DNA from: Planctomycetota bacterium
Lineage (GTDB): Bacteria; Planctomycetota; B15-G4
Assembly (NCBI GenBank): GCA_965248575.1
Contig: CBDFJQ010000002.1
Span: forward strand, 3,904,001 to 3,968,000
Length of the DNA: 64,000 nt
Direction: 5' to 3'
A program made the translations under genes and the position numbers. Shown in pieces: positions 61,313 to 64,000 of this stretch (within the stretch, counting starts at the first letter, position 1; every line of letters starts with the position of its first letter). Below the pieces are notes generated by a model that saw only the letters and a program-made list of their open reading frames with translations, searched no databases and had not been told where the DNA came from.

Positions 61313-61534
61313 TTGAAATTCGGCGTCCCCTTGGGCCTGCTGGTCGTCGGCGTCCTCGTCCACTTCCTGGCAAAGGCCTACGACCGGGCGCGCGTCCGGT
61401 GGGCGCAGCGACGTGACCGCGCCTCGGCCGCATGGGTCGGGGGCCTGGCGATCTGCCTCATCGCCGCAGGGCTTGGCGTAGCCTTCCTGGTGGCAGGGCT
61501 GCTCATGGTCGTGTCGATGCCGATGGGGTTCTAA
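61313..61534 (+). CDS. Last cassette remnant: small 2-TM protein
   Basis: Bracketed by GTTAGAA (61268-61274) and its exact complement TTCTAAC (61529-61535), which contains the stop; start uncertain. Confidence 0.55.
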   Translation: MKFGVPLGLLVVGVLVHFLAKAYDRARVRWAQRRDRASAAWVGGLAICLIAAGLGVAFLVAGLLMVVSMPMGF

Positions 61535-61832
61535 CGGTCGCCACACCGGGCATCTGGGTGCTCAGCTTGGAGTCCTTCTGATCGGTCGTATGGCCAGCCA
61601 GCCATGCAAGCAGTCCTGCCCCCTGATCCCTGGTGCCCTGTACAAGACCGGCCCCCTGTGGGAGAACAGGCTGATTCGATCAGCCGCTCCGGAGTCACCT
61701 GCGGCAGGTCGCTTCAGTCGGGCGGGACCGACGAATGCACCCCAGTCAGGGCAAGACATGCGCGAGGCCGTTGCCCGTGCGCGTTGCGCTCCCTTTGCGT
61801 TCGTCGGAACATGAACCAGAAGAGGAAGCACG

Positions 61833-63608
61833 ATGACCAACAGGCTGCACGCGTTCCTTTCCATCGCTCTGGCGATCCTGATTCCGGCGACTGAGGCGGG
61901 CGCTCAAGAGCCTTCTCAGCAGCCCTCTCGAATGGCTGCGCCGCTCGTCCAGATGCATGCCGAGGCTTCGGCCGGCCTGCTCTGGCACACCGCGCGTTCG
62001 TCCGGTGCGCTGACGCTGTCGGTCTCTGGGCCTGCCGACTTCTCGCACCAAGCGCAGTTCGAGCGGGGCGCCACGCCCTTCTTGCCGCTCGTGAACAGCT
62101 TGGGGCAACGGCTGCCGGACGGCCTCTACAGCTATGAGTTCGTGGAGCGCCTGGAGTTCGCCCCGCACCTCGCCGCGGGTCTGCGTTCGGCGCGGCAAGC
62201 GGGCGATGAGGCGCTGGTCCAATCGCTCCTGGCGAGCGAGGGCACACCGCCCACTGCGACGAAGCAGACAGGATTCTTCCGCGTGCACGAGGGCTTGATC
62301 GTGACGCCCGACTCGCTCAGCGAGTCCACGGCGTCTGTCTCGAGCGGCCCCCAGGTGGACGTCGGCGATCCGGCCGTGTCCAAGCCTCCGTTCGGGGACG
62401 ACGACGACGACGGCGATGGCGACGGTGACGGCGACGACTTCTGGCCCGGGGACGGTGGGATCCCGGAGGACCAGGTCATCCTCGACGACCTGATCGTGGA
62501 CGGTAACCTGTGCGCGGGGATTGACTGTGTGGACGGCGAGTCCTTCAGTACAGACACCCTCCGGCTCAAGGCCAACAACCTTCGCATCCACTTCGACGAC
62601 ACGAGTAGCTCGGCCTCCTTTCCCCGGAACGACTGGAGGATCGAGGTCAACGACGACGCAAACGGCGGAGCGGACTACTTCGGGATCGAGGACACCACTG
62701 CGGGAAGGATGCCTTTCCGGGTGCTGGCAGGCGCGCAGGACGACGCGCTCTTCCTCACGTCCAACAAGGTGGGCTTCGGGACGGCGGCGCCCGTCGTGGA
62801 ACTGCACGTCGTCGACGGGGACACACCGACGCTGCGTCTGGATCAGGACGGCAGCAACGGCTTCACGCCCCAGACATGGGACGTCGCCGGTAACGAGGCT
62901 GGCTTCTTCATCCGCGATGTGACCAACGGTTCCACCCTGCCGTTCCGGCTCATCGACGGCGCTCCATCCAGCAGCATCCACATCGGATCGAATGGTGATG
63001 TGGGCTTCGGCAGTTCCTCTCCCCAACATCCCATCCACGTGCGGCGTTTGGACGGCACGGCCAAGATCCTGGTAGAGGAGCTTACGAGCACGCCTGACGA
63101 CCGGTCGCTGCTGGAGCTGAGCAACGAAGGCGGCGTGGCCATCGACCTGACGAACACCCGCCTGGGCAACATGTGGTCGCTGGGTACCAGCAACGCCGAC
63201 GAGTTCCGTATCACCACCGACGGGTTGACCCAGCTCCGGCTGGATGACGACGGGAACCTGTCCGTGCCAGGAGCTATGAACCAGCTCTCGGATGTGGGCG
63301 CCAAGCACGGTTTCGAGCCCGTGGACGGCGCCGAGATCCTGGAGAAAGTGGTCAGCCTGCCCTTGAGCAGCTGGAGCTACCGGCACGACGACACCGAGGC
63401 CCGCCACCTCGGGCCCATGGCGCAGGACTTCAGGGCGGCCTTTGCGCTGGGCGCCGATGAACGACACATCGCACCCATGGACGTGAGCGGCGTCACTCTC
63501 GTGGCGGTGCAGCAGTTGAACAGCAGGATCCTTGAGTTGGAGAGCCTGGTGGGTGCACTCAGCGCCCGCCTGGAAGCACTCGAAGCCGCGCAGTCGGAGG
63601 CAAAGTGA
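61833..63608 (+). CDS. Secreted fibre-like protein with C-terminal peptidase S74 intramolecular chaperone domain and coiled coil
   Basis: Signal peptide; DQVILDDLIVDGNLCAGIDC...; VGFGT..P beta repeats; LSDVGAK, W.Y, HLGPMAQDF and a terminal heptad repeat. Confidence 0.82.
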   Translation: MTNRLHAFLSIALAILIPATEAGAQEPSQQPSRMAAPLVQMHAEASAGLLWHTARSSGALTLSVSGPADFSHQAQFERGATPFLPLVNSLGQRLPDGLYSYEFVERLEFAPHLAAGLRSARQAGDEALVQSLLASEGTPPTATKQTGFFRVHEGLIVTPDSLSESTASVSSGPQVDVGDPAVSKPPFGDDDDDGDGDGDGDDFWPGDGGIPEDQVILDDLIVDGNLCAGIDCVDGESFSTDTLRLKANNLRIHFDDTSSSASFPRNDWRIEVNDDANGGADYFGIEDTTAGRMPFRVLAGAQDDALFLTSNKVGFGTAAPVVELHVVDGDTPTLRLDQDGSNGFTPQTWDVAGNEAGFFIRDVTNGSTLPFRLIDGAPSSSIHIGSNGDVGFGSSSPQHPIHVRRLDGTAKILVEELTSTPDDRSLLELSNEGGVAIDLTNTRLGNMWSLGTSNADEFRITTDGLTQLRLDDDGNLSVPGAMNQLSDVGAKHGFEPVDGAEILEKVVSLPLSSWSYRHDDTEARHLGPMAQDFRAAFALGADERHIAPMDVSGVTLVAVQQLNSRILELESLVGALSARLEALEAAQSEAK

Positions 63609-64000
63609 TGAGCAAGCACCACGACACCGAGTGCCGCAACGACCTGTACCAAACAACCGGGGCCGCGCAGATGCGAGGTCTCAGGATTCCCCAGGAAGCT
63701 TCTGCCGTGACGACCGCGTTCCGCTGGACGACGTCCCTCTGCCTCACCCTTTGCCTCGGTCTAGGCATGACGCAGGCCGCCGCAGCCCAAGTGCTCGACG
63801 GCAGCTTCGAAGGCCAGACCGCCTCAGTGCCCTTGGCCGCGCCCTGGATCGTGGGCAACATCTTCCAGGTCGCGGCCCCGGACGGGGCGGACGACGACGG
63901 GGGCATGCCCAAGCAGGGCGACCAGTGGGCGTCGCTGACCACCATGGGTTCGACGAACACGACACCGCCCGACAACCCCGGGGGCGTCACGACACCGTCC
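63608..64000 (+). CDS. Probable secreted protein, 3'-truncated by the window edge
   Basis: Frame is open from ATG 63608 (TGATG overlap) to the end; signal-peptide-like stretch from GTG 63707 (..QAAAAQ) then VLDGSFE. Confidence 0.6.
   Translation, partial: MSKHHDTECRNDLYQTTGAAQMRGLRIPQEASAVTTAFRWTTSLCLTLCLGLGMTQAAAAQVLDGSFEGQTASVPLAAPWIVGNIFQVAAPDGADDDGGMPKQGDQWASLTTMGSTNTTPPDNPGGVTTPS

Larger units (their letters stand above)
48957..61535 (+). mobile_element. Complete integron: intI co-oriented with, and upstream of, an array of about 22 cassette ORFs
   Basis: 19 RYYYAAC...GTTRRRY hairpin sites plus remnants separate short, same-strand ORFs. Confidence 0.93.

Noticed and set aside
61833..64000. 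Prophage tail module
   Set aside because: Both ORFs have signal peptides, and no capsid, terminase or tail-assembly genes are visible.

Overview
High-GC bacterial chromosomal window. The secreted-protein repertoire suggests Planctomycetota, but that is inference only. Bases 1-48,700 are mostly housekeeping and secreted-hydrolase genes: an orphan thermostable-hemolysin/acyl-CoA ligase/heme-oxygenase-like/SDR operon, S9, S8 and M14 peptidases, dapA-lysC-asd, ggt, two ECF sigma modules, glgP, truB, a sulfatase, an HDAC and a GT87. Two genes that the ORF track splits at an in-frame TGA read as intact selenoproteins: a UxxC thioredoxin-like protein (10342-10728, -) and a BCP/PrxQ peroxiredoxin with PxxxTxxU (45618-46091, -). 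Each TGA is followed by a hairpin whose loop begins CGUG, a candidate SECIS. Bases 48,957-61,535 hold a complete integron in the atypical co-oriented layout: intI on +, a candidate attI downstream of its 3' end, then about 22 cassette ORFs separated by 19 recognisable attC sites plus remnants, with site decay accumulating distally. Other notable items are a structured leader with a short ORF and terminator upstream of the S8 peptidase, a ~200-nt nested palindrome, a C-terminal domain shared by two unrelated secreted proteins, and a secreted protein with a peptidase-S74 chaperone domain. I found no rRNA, tRNA or CRISPR array.
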